A program made the position numbers and the translations under genes. From assembly GCA_040290255.1 (NCBI GenBank), contig PSMU01000002.1:294303-358302 (forward strand): a DNA stretch of 64,000 nt. The letters run 5' to 3'. The stretch's first letter is position 1. Each line of letters begins with the position of its first letter. The notes under the pieces are model-generated. The model did no database searches and was not told the DNA's origin. It worked only from the letters and a program-made list of their open reading frames with translations. The DNA is from Nitrososphaerota archaeon. Lineage in GTDB: Archaea; Thermoproteota; Nitrososphaeria; PSMU01. Shown here in pieces: positions 1 through 12,094 of the stretch.

Positions 1-925
1 GGCCCCTGAGCACGGCCATCCAGGCCTTGGTTACATTTTCAGGCAGGTAGCCGCCGCCCCCGTAGGCCAGCAGCCGCCCGCCGGCCCTTTCATGGGAGAA
101 GCGGTGCAGGTATGATGCCACCCGCTCATGTACCCTAAAGCTGTACCTGAGATGAGTGAGCGGATCTCCCTCCAGGCCGTCGGCGCCGGCCTGCATGAGC
201 ACTAAGTCAGGCCTGATGCCCTCCAGGAACTCCCTGGCCCTCTCGAGGGCCTGAAAGAAGGCCTCATCGCCCGCCCCTGGCGAGAGGGGGATGTTGAGCT
301 TCGTGCCGTGGGCCCGCCCTTCGCCCCTCTCATGAGGGAAGCCCGTGCCGGGGTATAGGAACCTGCCATCCTCGTGCACGTCCAGGATCCAGACGTGCGG
401 GTCGTGCTCGTATTCGTAGAAGACCCCATCGCCGTGATGGGCATCGATGTCCACGTAGAGGATATCGCGAAGGCCCCTTCGCCTCGCCGCTTCGATCACG
501 ACGCCCACATCGTTGAAGACGCAGAAACCTGCCGCGGCGGCGCGACGCGCGTGATGAAGTCCGCCTATGGGGTTAAAGCCGTGGTCCGCCGCGCCCGTAA
601 GGATCAAGTCCAGCAGCGAGAGCGAAGAGCCCACCACATAAGAGGCGGCCTCGTAGATGCCCCTGAAGGCGGGCGTATCGCCCTGGTCCAGATAGCCCCT
701 GCCTCTGCGAGAGGCGAGCTTAACGTATTCTACGTAAGAGGGGTCGTGAAAGAGCGCGAGCTCCTCTTCGCTGGCCCTCCTGGGCCGCACCTGGATGACC
801 CGAAGGCCCGCCTCTGAAAAGAGGGCCCTGCGAAAGGCCTCGTACCTCTCGGCCGAGAAGGGATGAGGCGGAGGGAAATGGTAGCTGGCCAATTCCTCCC
901 CCAACGCCACGGCTACCCTGCACAC
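1..925 (-). CDS. Histone deacetylase / AcuC-family Zn-dependent deacetylase (3' end beyond window)
   Basis: Not in the ORF track because it runs off the window edge. Manual translation from GTG at 925 gives HPF, LFH, GGLHHA...GFCVFND and YVDIDAHHGDG motifs. A TTAAAG box lies about 23 nt upstream. Confidence 0.9.
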   Translation of the reverse strand, partial: MCRVAVALGEELASYHFPPPHPFSAERYEAFRRALFSEAGLRVIQVRPRRASEEELALFHDPSYVEYVKLASRRGRGYLDQGDTPAFRGIYEAASYVVGSSLSLLDLILTGAADHGFNPIGGLHHARRAAAAGFCVFNDVGVVIEAARRRGLRDILYVDIDAHHGDGVFYEYEHDPHVWILDVHEDGRFLYPGTGFPHERGEGRAHGTKLNIPLSPGAGDEAFFQALERAREFLEGIRPDLVLMQAGADGLEGDPLTHLRYSFRVHERVASYLHRFSHERAGGRLLAYGGGGYLPENVTKAWMAVLRG

Positions 926-949
926 GGCCCGTAGGGAGGCCGAGCGCCT

Positions 950-2086
950 TTAACCGTTGCTGGCCTCAGGCCCCGGAGGGCACGAGTAAAGCCTCGACAG
1001 GCGGCGCAGCAGCTCGCGCTTGTTCGCTGCATCCAATTCACAGCCCTCCGCGGCATTCCTGAGAAATTGCGCCGCCTCCTCCATGAGCCTGCGCCGGACC
1101 GGGAAGGGGACTCCATCCTTCCCGCCGTGGGCAAAGCTGAACTTAACGGGGTCCTGCCAGGAAGGGGGAGTGCCGTAAATGAGCTCCGAGGCCAGCGCCA
1201 GGCTCCTCAGGAGCGAGGGCCCCACGCCCTCGACCTCCACGAGCGCTTCATAAGAAGAGAGGCCCATCTCGTAGAGCCTCCTGAGGAGAGGCCAGTTCAG
1301 CCTGCGGGGGAGCTCGTAACCCGCTGGCGCCTGGGCATAGGCTAGGCCGCTGGGCTCCTGCAGGAGCCCCTGGCCCCTGGCCAGCTGTAACGCCTGGAGG
1401 ATGCGCTGAGGGCACAAGCGCAGCAGTTCCAGCTGGCAGACCTTGTTATCGCGGGAGAGCCTAGAGGTTAGGTTCAGGACAGGACGCTGCTCCAGAGCCC
1501 CCACGGCCGCAGCATGAGGCTCCTCCGTAAATTCATTCACAAAGCGCGAGAGCCAGTGATACCGCCTTGCCCTGCGCTCCGACGCGTTGATGCCCTGCTG
1601 AACGATGGCCCATGCTTCGCTTTCGGTGAAGAAGAGCGCCTGATGGTAGATGGGATAGCCGGCCTGGATGAGCGCGGTGTCCACCTTGGCCACCATCCTG
1701 CTGACCCTAGAAAGCCGGGCCGCCAGGCCTGGGTCTAGGCCCTCGCGGGATGTCAAGGCCTTGAGCTGCTCCGGGATAAGAAGGGAGGCCCTGCCCTTGC
1801 CCCCCACCCCCCAGGCTCCTAACCCCAGCTCGTTCAGCGTGTCCCTCAGCACGGCCGTGGTGACCGTCGTCAGGCCAGACGAGTGCCAGTCATAGCCCAG
1901 CAGGCAGCCCAAGGCCTGAAGCCAGTAGGGGTTCGCGAGGCGATCCAGCAGCTGCTGAGGACCGAAGTCCTCCAGGATGAGCCTAACGAGGGGCTTGGCC
2001 AAGGCCCTCATCCTGAGCACGAGCCATCGCGGCGCCCTGCCCAAGTGAAGGGGCAGCGTCACCTCGCCCGTCTTGGCCCGCCACAT
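950..2086 (-). CDS. DUF763 family protein
   Basis: 378 aa with LPLHxGxAPxWL, DWHSSGxTT, ARRYHW and DPVKFSFAHGGKDGVPFPV signatures, plus an HhH-like GVGP. Confidence 0.9.
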   Translation of the reverse strand: MWRAKTGEVTLPLHLGRAPRWLVLRMRALAKPLVRLILEDFGPQQLLDRLANPYWLQALGCLLGYDWHSSGLTTVTTAVLRDTLNELGLGAWGVGGKGRASLLIPEQLKALTSREGLDPGLAARLSRVSRMVAKVDTALIQAGYPIYHQALFFTESEAWAIVQQGINASERRARRYHWLSRFVNEFTEEPHAAAVGALEQRPVLNLTSRLSRDNKVCQLELLRLCPQRILQALQLARGQGLLQEPSGLAYAQAPAGYELPRRLNWPLLRRLYEMGLSSYEALVEVEGVGPSLLRSLALASELIYGTPPSWQDPVKFSFAHGGKDGVPFPVRRRLMEEAAQFLRNAAEGCELDAANKRELLRRLSRLYSCPPGPEASNG

Positions 2087-2127
2087 GCGGCAAAGCTTTT
2101 TAACGCGGAGGGCCTTAAAAGGCTGTC

Positions 2128-3696
2128 TTGTCCTCGCCCAAGGTCACGTACGTTTCTCTGATGGCCGATGAATCCATTCACCCGCGCTATGAAAAGGGCC
2201 TGGAGCAGATAGAGCGTGAGCTGGGCCTCCGCCATCCCTTTTACGTGGGCGGCGAGGAGGTCTGGAGCACACGGCAGTTCTCCAAGACCTCGCCGCTGGA
2301 CACCTCGATAAAGATAGGGGACTTCCAGGTGGGCGCGAAGGAGCACGTGCTAAGGGCCATAGCGATGGCCAAGGAGGCCTTTAGGGACTGGGCCGGCCGA
2401 GCCTGGAGCGACAGGGTAGCAATAATTCGGCGCGCCGCCGAGCTGCTCGAGAGCGACATGTACCGCCTCGCGGCGCTCATAACCTACGAGGTGGGCAAGA
2501 ATAGGTATGAGGCGCTGGCGGAGGTCGGCGAAGCCATCGACATGCTTCGATATTATGCGGAGGTCTACGAGGAGAACCAGGGGTATGTCAGGGCCATGAG
2601 GCCAGGAGCGCCGGGGGAGCAGACTAGGAGCGTCCTTAGGCCCTATGGCGTGTGGGCGGTGATCTCGCCCTTCAACTTCCCCATCGCTTTAGCGGCCGGC
2701 ATGATCTCTGGCGCGCTGCTCACGGGCAACACGGTCGTCTTCAAGCCCACCAGCGAGGCCCCGCTTTCAGGCCTCAAGCTCTACGAAGCCTTCAGGAGGG
2801 CGGGTGTGCCCGAGGGCGCGCTGCATGTCCTCACCGGCCCAGGGGACTTCTTCGGCGAGGTAGTCGTCAGGCATCCTGACGTGATGGGCATCGCCTTCAC
2901 GGGCTCCAGGGCCGTGGGCATGAGCCTTTACAGGAGCTTCACCGCCAGCCAGCCATTTCCTAAGCCCTTCATAGCGGAGATGGGCAGCAAGAACCCGGTC
3001 ATCGTCACCAGCAAGGCGGACCTCGATAAGGCCGTGGAGGGCACCGTGCGGGCCGCCTTCGGTTACGGCGGGCAGAAGTGCTCCGCCGCCTCGAGGCTCT
3101 ATGTGGAGGCCTCCATCTATACCGAATTCCTTGAGAGGCTCGTAAGGCGCACGAGGGAGCTTAGGGTGGGCGACCCGAGGAGGAGGGAGACCTTCCTGGG
3201 GCCCGTCATAAACCGGGCCGCGGTCCAGCGCTACCAAGAGGCGGTGGGCCAGGCCGTAAGCGATGGGGGCAGGGTCGAGGTGGGGGGGAAGGTGCTCAGC
3301 GCAGGGGAGTTCGCCCGAGGCTACTACGTCGAGCCCACGATCATTACGGGCCTGGCGCCCGAGCACAGGCTCTTCAAGGAGGAGCTCTTCGTGCCGCTGC
3401 TCGTCGCGACGAGGTTCTCAACACTCGAGGAGGCGCTCAGAATGGCCAACGATACGGATTACGGCCTCACGGCCGGCATCTTCAGCGAGGATGAACGCGA
3501 GGTTAACTTCTTCTTCGAGAGGATCGAGTTCGGCGTCGTCTACGCCAACAGGCGAGGGGGGGCCACCACGGGCGCGTGGCCAGGCGCGCAGTCCTTTGGA
3601 GGCTGGAAGGCCAGCGGCTCGACGGGAAGAGGGGTCGGGGGCCCCTATTACCTGCTTACCTTTCTCCGCGAGCAGGCGCAGACAACGGTAAGGTAG
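2128..3696 (+). CDS. NAD-dependent aldehyde dehydrogenase, probable 1-pyrroline-5-carboxylate dehydrogenase
   Basis: SPFNFP, FTGS, EMGSKN, GQKCSA (catalytic Cys), EELFVP and YGLTAG motifs. TTTTTAA lies 24 nt before the TTG. Confidence 0.85.
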   Translation: MSSPKVTYVSLMADESIHPRYEKGLEQIERELGLRHPFYVGGEEVWSTRQFSKTSPLDTSIKIGDFQVGAKEHVLRAIAMAKEAFRDWAGRAWSDRVAIIRRAAELLESDMYRLAALITYEVGKNRYEALAEVGEAIDMLRYYAEVYEENQGYVRAMRPGAPGEQTRSVLRPYGVWAVISPFNFPIALAAGMISGALLTGNTVVFKPTSEAPLSGLKLYEAFRRAGVPEGALHVLTGPGDFFGEVVVRHPDVMGIAFTGSRAVGMSLYRSFTASQPFPKPFIAEMGSKNPVIVTSKADLDKAVEGTVRAAFGYGGQKCSAASRLYVEASIYTEFLERLVRRTRELRVGDPRRRETFLGPVINRAAVQRYQEAVGQAVSDGGRVEVGGKVLSAGEFARGYYVEPTIITGLAPEHRLFKEELFVPLLVATRFSTLEEALRMANDTDYGLTAGIFSEDEREVNFFFERIEFGVVYANRRGGATTGAWPGAQSFGGWKASGSTGRGVGGPYYLLTFLREQAQTTVR

Positions 3697-3704
3697 CGCG
3701 GGGC

Positions 3705-4124
3705 TTGAGCGAACAGGCCCGGGAGCGCGAGGATGAGATCTATGCCGACAGGATAGCGATGATGTACAGGGCCATCCTTGAGGGCGGGACCCAGGGGATC
3801 GCGCAGAGCGACGCCTGGAAGAAGCTGAACCTGACGAGCAGGGAGGGCTCGAGGATCGCGATAAGGCTCGAAAGGAGGGGGCTGATAAGGAGGGAGCGCG
3901 TGGTAAAGGACGGCAGGTGGACCTACGTGCTCATCCCGCTGGTCAAGCCCCTGGCCTTCAGCTCGATAGAATCGGCCCCCTGCCTGACCTGCAGGTTCGA
4001 GACCATCTGCCGCCCCGGGGCGGACATAAACCCCATCAACTGTCCTCCGGATAAGGAGGGAAGGGGGATCGGCAGCTGGGCCCTGGCCGAGTGGAGGGCG
4101 GCGAGGCAGGCGCAGGGCGCCTGA
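3705..4124 (+). CDS. Archaeal transcription factor E beta subunit (RPC34-like wHTH + C-terminal 4-Cys Fe-S domain)
   Basis: wHTH region (GIAQSDAWKKLNLTSREGSRIAIRLERRGLI) followed by PCLTC-x4-C-x8-C...W. Start moved to TTG 3705, after the ALDH stop. Confidence 0.8.
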   Translation: MSEQAREREDEIYADRIAMMYRAILEGGTQGIAQSDAWKKLNLTSREGSRIAIRLERRGLIRRERVVKDGRWTYVLIPLVKPLAFSSIESAPCLTCRFETICRPGADINPINCPPDKEGRGIGSWALAEWRAARQAQGA

Positions 4125-4178
4125 TCAATAGCCTCACACGTCGCGGTTGGCGCCAGGGCGCCCAAACGCCTCTTGTGC

Positions 4179-7089
<2,911 letters not shown>

Positions 7090-7194
7090 ACTCGTGGTGA
7101 AGGTCAGCGCGGCGCGTGATAAATGCTTCCTTTTTATTTTCTTTACATCTATGTATACCGAAGCATATTTATTTATCCTCCGGCTTCAGCGCAC
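7090..7194. promoter_or_regulatory. AT-rich divergent promoter region of korA and the PhoU/AbrB regulator, with central palindrome TACAT-CT-ATGTA (7144-7155)
   Basis: Mirror-image GAAGCAT..TTTAT elements on both strands and a perfect 5-bp inverted repeat between them. Confidence 0.5.
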
Positions 7195-8217
7195 ATGCTG
7201 GCCGAAAGGAGAAAGGTGCAGCAGGTGGGCAAGGCCACCATAAGCGTGAGCCTGCCCAAGGCCTGGGTGAACAGGAGGGGCATCAAGAAAGGGGATTATG
7301 TCCTCGTCTCCGAGCAGCTGGACGGCTCGCTAAGGCTGGACCTAGATTCGCCCCCCAGGGCCGCGCCCGCCATGGTGCTCGAGGCGTCTAGGTTTCCCTC
7401 CGCCTACGCTTTAACTCAGGCGCTGCTCAGCTGGTATATGCTGGGATACGATGAAGTCACGGTCAGCGGGGCGCTCACGGATGAGCTGCTCTCGGCCATT
7501 CACTCCCTGGCCAAGAGGTTGAGGGGGGTCGAGGCCGTGCATGTCACCCCTGCGAAGGTCGTGCTGCAGAGCTTCCTGGAGGAGAGCAGGTATCCCGTGG
7601 ATGCCCTGCTCTCCAGGCTTCTTTCGCTCATCTCGAGCATGATTCAGTACCTGCTGAACGCGGTCAAGGAGGCCAAGCCCGAATACCTGAACGAGGTTTC
7701 GAGGCTGAGGGGCGATGCCGAGGAGCTGTACTGGTTGATAGTCAGGCAGCTGCTGCTCGCGCTGAGAAGGCCGGAGCTGGCGGCAAAGCTAAGAATTGAC
7801 TCACCCCTGCATGCCACGGGAAACCGCCTCATAGCGCGCTCGCTTCTGCGCGCCGCCCTGTTGCTGGACGCATGCGCTGAGCTGATCTTTCAGCCAATAG
7901 CAGCACGGCGCTGGGGGGCCGGGCAAATCGAGGGGCTCGCCCAGCTGCTGGCGCTGGCCGGGGAGCTGCTGAGGCTGGCCACCTCCTTTTTGGATAGGGC
8001 GGACCTCCCGAGCTTCCTGGCCTACTATAGCAAGCTGGAGCAGATGGCCCAGCTGGCTGAAAGGCTCACCCAGGAGCTGGGGGGCCTTGACCTTAAGGGG
8101 GCCAGAAGTTACCTGCTCGCCGTGGAGCGGCTCTCGGCCCTGGCCCGGCTGGCCGAGGACGTGGCCGAGGTGGCCATCCACAGGCTAATAAGGCGAATGG
8201 GCGGCTCGAGCGCCTAA
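7195..8217 (+). CDS. Archaeal AbrB-PhoU family regulator
   Basis: N-terminal RKVQQVG..T..VSLPKAWV AbrB signature followed by helical PhoU-like repeats. ATG 7195 follows a TATA-like TTTAT. Confidence 0.85.
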   Translation: MLAERRKVQQVGKATISVSLPKAWVNRRGIKKGDYVLVSEQLDGSLRLDLDSPPRAAPAMVLEASRFPSAYALTQALLSWYMLGYDEVTVSGALTDELLSAIHSLAKRLRGVEAVHVTPAKVVLQSFLEESRYPVDALLSRLLSLISSMIQYLLNAVKEAKPEYLNEVSRLRGDAEELYWLIVRQLLLALRRPELAAKLRIDSPLHATGNRLIARSLLRAALLLDACAELIFQPIAARRWGAGQIEGLAQLLALAGELLRLATSFLDRADLPSFLAYYSKLEQMAQLAERLTQELGGLDLKGARSYLLAVERLSALARLAEDVAEVAIHRLIRRMGGSSA

Positions 8218-8573
8218 TCCCTCTCGACCGTGCACCACTTCCCCTCCCCCTCATAGAAGGTCACCCTGGTCACCTTCAGCGACTTCGAGAGCTCATCGAA
8301 GATCCACCTGCAGATGTTCTCGGAGGTAGGATACTCGAACAGTTCATTGAGGTTTCTGTGGTCGAGCGTATCGAGCACGCGCCTGACCTGCTCCTTCAGC
8401 TCCTTGTAGTCTAGGACCATGTGGGCCCTGTAGCCCTCACCCCTGCCCAGGCTCCCCTCCACTTCCACGATGATCCTGGCGGTGTGTCCGTGATCTCTCC
8501 CGCAGGTAGGATGGCCCTCCAGCTTGTGGGCATAGTCGATGCTGAACTCCATGCCCAGCCTAATCGTGCCCAT
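8214..8573 (-). CDS. queD: 6-carboxy-5,6,7,8-tetrahydropterin synthase
   Basis: AH-x6-CGRDHGHT, LDHRNLN and PTSEN motifs. Confidence 0.88.
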   Translation of the reverse strand: MGTIRLGMEFSIDYAHKLEGHPTCGRDHGHTARIIVEVEGSLGRGEGYRAHMVLDYKELKEQVRRVLDTLDHRNLNELFEYPTSENICRWIFDELSKSLKVTRVTFYEGEGKWCTVERD

Positions 8574-9360
8574 CCCCCAGCTCCCTCACGATCTCGGCCC
8601 AGGCGTTGTGCTTATGTATCGATTCGAGCGCCTCCACGATCACCCTCAGGCGCCCCTTAAGCCCCCTTTGCCTGGCCAGCTTGAGACATTCGCGGGCCAC
8701 GTCCTCCACGAACATGGGGCGCTGATACATGCGCTTCACCAGCTGAACCTCATCGGAGGCCTTGAGCAGCGTGAGGCTGGGAGCGCTGAGCGCCTCCTCC
8801 GCGATCTCCACCAGCTCCTCGAGCTTGGGCAGCGCGTCGGACGAGGTTACCTTGAGGTAGACCGAGGCCCTCTGGGAATGGGCCATGCCGCCGGTGCTCT
8901 CCAGGCTGTGGGGGCAGAGCGTGCTGCCCACGACCTTTACGGCCAGCGAGCATAGTGGCTTGCCATCCCTAAGCAGCACCTCACATGTCACGTCATAGGG
9001 CTCGAATGAGCTGCGATGCGTCGATGGCGTAGACCTCCTGAGAAGGACGCTGCCCCTGAGCAGGACCCTTCCCTGCCTATACCTATGCCTCCTCTGCAGC
9101 AGGCGCAGGGCGAGTATCCCAAACTCGGGAAGGGAGCGATAGGCCTGCTCCGCGGCTTCATAGAGGCTCTCGGTGAGCCTCGACATGTGGACGCCCTTCT
9201 TGTCGCCGTCCAGGTCTATAAAGAGCGAAGCCTCCCAGAGCACGCACTGGCTCAGGCCCCCTAAGTCTACGCGAAGGGGCAGCGCTATTCCCTTCACGCC
9301 CACCCTATCGAGGACCTCCTTCACCTCTGGCATGCGGTCCTGAGTTGCGCTTAGGGTCAT
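8560..9360 (-). CDS. GTP cyclohydrolase, FolE2/MptA family
   Basis: KGVHMSR, TLCP, AHSQR, PMFVEDVAR and ESIHKHNA motifs. Confidence 0.88.
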   Translation of the reverse strand: MTLSATQDRMPEVKEVLDRVGVKGIALPLRVDLGGLSQCVLWEASLFIDLDGDKKGVHMSRLTESLYEAAEQAYRSLPEFGILALRLLQRRHRYRQGRVLLRGSVLLRRSTPSTHRSSFEPYDVTCEVLLRDGKPLCSLAVKVVGSTLCPHSLESTGGMAHSQRASVYLKVTSSDALPKLEELVEIAEEALSAPSLTLLKASDEVQLVKRMYQRPMFVEDVARECLKLARQRGLKGRLRVIVEALESIHKHNAWAEIVRELGDGHD

Positions 9361-9404
9361 TGACGCGGGCTCGCGCCGCCGCCGACTTTAAAGGCTTTGC
9401 ACGC

Positions 9405-9926
9405 TCAGCTAAGGCGCTGCGCCGCCAGGCGCCTCAGGCGCTCAAAGTCATAAACACCGCGGAACCTGCTCAGCAGGAGCTCAAGGTAAAAGCGGACCTC
9501 CTCTTCGGACATATACTGAAACATGTATTCGCCCGAGTAAGGATAGGGCTCGCCCAGGCGCTGCACGAATTCTATATGCATAAAGGGGTCGTCGTGCCTG
9601 ATGGTGATGGGCGCCCTGTCGTTGTTCAGGTTCACCACTTCGAGCGCTAGCCTGCCGACGAAACCGCTGTGTACCTTTGCCGCGTTCAGGAAGCTGAGGC
9701 CCATCCTGCCGAACCTGCTCTTCGCCGTAAGATGCGCTACATATCCAGGTGGTACGAAGACCACCTCCTTGGTCGTGAGGTTCTTATGCTCCAAATAACG
9801 AAGGCTCACGTCCTCCCTTACCGTAAGCACATAGCTGTCCCCATCCAGGAGCGAGGGGCTGAACGGCCTAATTGCGTGCAGCTCTCTTATGAGCTTCTCG
9901 AGCTCGGCCCTGCCCAGGACGCACAT
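9405..9926 (-). CDS. dcd: dCTP deaminase / dUTPase-fold protein
   Basis: KSRFGRMGL, VHSGFVGRLALE and PYSGEY motifs. Confidence 0.75.
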   Translation of the reverse strand: MCVLGRAELEKLIRELHAIRPFSPSLLDGDSYVLTVREDVSLRYLEHKNLTTKEVVFVPPGYVAHLTAKSRFGRMGLSFLNAAKVHSGFVGRLALEVVNLNNDRAPITIRHDDPFMHIEFVQRLGEPYPYSGEYMFQYMSEEEVRFYLELLLSRFRGVYDFERLRRLAAQRLS

Positions 9927-9927
9927 C

Positions 9928-10893
9928 TCATAGCCCCGCGGGCCGCGGAAGCTTTAACCTTATCGTGAAGAGCCTCTCGAAGGCCACGAAGGAGAGCAGG
10001 AGCAGCGAGGCCAGCGAGGCCACCAGCTCGAAGGCCGAGGAGGCCTGGTCGTACAGTGAGGTGATGAGCGAAGGCGCCGTCTGCCCCCAGTAGTAGCTCA
10101 CCGTATTATAATAGTTGAAGGACCAGTGAAGCATTATGGCCGCGTGAAGGCCCACGTAGACGTAGAGCTCGCCGAGCGCCGCGCCCGCGATGGCGGCAGG
10201 GAAGAACTTGCCGGGCTCCCAGCCGCCGGCCAGGTGTGCCAGTCCGAAGATCGCGGAGGAGAGCGCCACCAGCGCGTGCAGGGAGGCGGGCACGCGGCCC
10301 TGCGCGCCCGAGGAGGGCCTCCATAGCATCCTGAGAAAGTTGGCCGAGCCCGGCGCTTTAGCCCTGAGCAGCAGCGCCGCCGGCAGGCCCAGAAGCAGCA
10401 GCCTAAAGGTCACTTCCTCGTTGATCGGAGCCAGGCTCACGCCTATGAACTGCATGATCGGGTCATCCTTCGGAAGCGTGCCCACCGGCACGCCTGCGGC
10501 TTCGCTCGCCGAGCTGGCCAAAAGCGACAAGAAGAGCGTGACGCCATAACTGAGCAGGAGAAGCGCCAGGCCGTTTTGTAGCAGGGACGAAGGCCTGCCC
10601 GCGGCCGCCTCCCTTAGGGAGCTCAGAAAGCTCCCGCCCCTCGCCAGCAGGAGCAAGAAGGCCGCATAGAAGAGCTCCGATACGAAGAAGGCCCGCTTCG
10701 CCAGCTCCACATCGTCGAGCAGGTATATGTAGAGAAAGGGAACGCCTAGGTAGGGCGGGTTAATGTAGCTGCCCGGCTTGAAGAGGGCCACCATCAGGCC
10801 TCCCAGCAGCATGGAGAGGCCCATATGCGCCGCCATCGCCGCCACCACACAGGCCCCCAGGAGCCCTATGGCCCGCCTTAGCGAGGAGGACAA
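9928..10893 (-). CDS. CPBP (CAAX protease / Abi) intramembrane glutamic endopeptidase
   Basis: Multiple TM segments, with EEVTFR, FGLAH and HxxxN motifs. Confidence 0.85.
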   Translation of the reverse strand: MSSSLRRAIGLLGACVVAAMAAHMGLSMLLGGLMVALFKPGSYINPPYLGVPFLYIYLLDDVELAKRAFFVSELFYAAFLLLLARGGSFLSSLREAAAGRPSSLLQNGLALLLLSYGVTLFLSLLASSASEAAGVPVGTLPKDDPIMQFIGVSLAPINEEVTFRLLLLGLPAALLLRAKAPGSANFLRMLWRPSSGAQGRVPASLHALVALSSAIFGLAHLAGGWEPGKFFPAAIAGAALGELYVYVGLHAAIMLHWSFNYYNTVSYYWGQTAPSLITSLYDQASSAFELVASLASLLLLSFVAFERLFTIRLKLPRPAGL

Positions 10894-10894
10894 G

Positions 10895-11200
10895 TTACTG
10901 GACTTCTATGGAGCCTTCCCTAAACCCCAGCTCTACAAGCAGCTGCTTTATCCTGGGCCGGTGGTCGCCCTGTAGAATTATCTGTCCATCCTTCACGGTC
11001 CCGCCACAGGCGAGCCTGGTCTTCAGCTGAGTGGCTATTCTGTGAAGGTCATTCCTCTTGGGGTCCATGCCCTCTATGATCGTGGCCGGCTTCGAGAGCT
11101 TCCTCATCTCCATCCTTACGGTTATCTTCGCGCTCTCCCTATCCAGCTCCCCGCATACGCAGAGGTCCAGTGGCAGCCCGCACGTGCTGCAAACTTCCAT
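10895..11200 (-). CDS. sui1: Translation initiation factor aIF1 (SUI1)
   Basis: CSTCGLPLDLCVC, LKTRLACGGTVK and LQGDHR motifs. Confidence 0.93.
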   Translation of the reverse strand: MEVCSTCGLPLDLCVCGELDRESAKITVRMEMRKLSKPATIIEGMDPKRNDLHRIATQLKTRLACGGTVKDGQIILQGDHRPRIKQLLVELGFREGSIEVQ

Positions 11201-11263
11201 GCAGTTGCAGCAGCAGGGCCGGCCACGTATAAAAGCTTTAGGGAGGAGCTGAGGCCTAAGGGC

Positions 11264-11503
11264 ATGGGCGGGACCGAGGCCTACGCGCTGCTGGTGCTAG
11301 GAGCCCTTCTCATGCTGCTGGGCGCCCTGCTGATAGCCACGGCCCTGCTCGCGAGGGCCTGGCCCGCGCTCGTGGGCTTCCTTCAGAGGCTCCCCCCTTA
11401 CATCCTCTGGACCTATTCGAGCGATGGCTTCACCTTCGCCACCTCACCGCTGCTCATCCTGCTCTCCGTGCTCGCGCTCATCATCTACCTGCTAAGGAGG
11501 TAG
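11264..11503 (+). CDS. Small two-TM membrane protein
   Basis: ATG 11264 after a TATA-like element; two hydrophobic helices around PYILWTYSSDGFTFATSP. Confidence 0.65.
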   Translation: MGGTEAYALLVLGALLMLLGALLIATALLARAWPALVGFLQRLPPYILWTYSSDGFTFATSPLLILLSVLALIIYLLRR

Positions 11504-11538
11504 CCAAAGGTTAAATTTCCGGCGCTGAAGAAGAGGTC

Positions 11539-12093
11539 ATGGAGGGGGCGGCGGCTGGGGCGGCGGCGGACCTAGTGGGCGCTGCCCTGCTGCTGAGGAT
11601 GGACTGGCTCGCCATAAGGGGGTACCGGCTGATAAGGAGCCCCACGCTCGTCAAGATGGCGGCCTTCTTTACCCTGCTCGCGGCGGGGCTGGTGGGCGAA
11701 GCGGCCAGCCTGCTCTCGGGGCTGAACGCCATAAGGATCTCGGCGAACCTGTTGGCGGCGCTGGCCTTCGTCTTCCTGGGGCTTGGATATCTTGCAAGCC
11801 TCAGGGCAGGCGCTCAACTGCTCCTGCCGCCCCTGCTGGGGCTCAACATACCGGAGCCGGTGCTGATAGGCCTTGCGCAGGCCCTGCTCACCTACTTTGG
11901 CTCGCTGAGCGCGCTCGGCAGCTTCCTCGAAAGAAGAGGGAGGAGCGGGATAGCCTCCGCGCTGGGCCTGGCCCTCTTCCCCTTCGCCACCTTCATGACG
12001 CTCTTCGAGCCTGCGCTCAACCCGCTGACGCCTTATCTGCACCTCCTGGGAGTCGCCCTGCTGTACGCCGCCAGCTTTCCGAGGCGCAGCTGA
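11539..12093 (+). CDS. Polytopic membrane protein (about 6 TM), possible membrane sensor
   Basis: 184 aa, almost entirely hydrophobic, with a TTAAAT box upstream. It ends 1 nt before a wHTH gene. Confidence 0.7.
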   Translation: MEGAAAGAAADLVGAALLLRMDWLAIRGYRLIRSPTLVKMAAFFTLLAAGLVGEAASLLSGLNAIRISANLLAALAFVFLGLGYLASLRAGAQLLLPPLLGLNIPEPVLIGLAQALLTYFGSLSALGSFLERRGRSGIASALGLALFPFATFMTLFEPALNPLTPYLHLLGVALLYAASFPRRS

Positions 12094-12094
12094 C

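Noticed and set aside
4143-4169. Hairpin between the convergent TFE-beta and korB genes
   Set aside because: A 5-bp GC stem with imperfect extension is expected by chance at this GC content.
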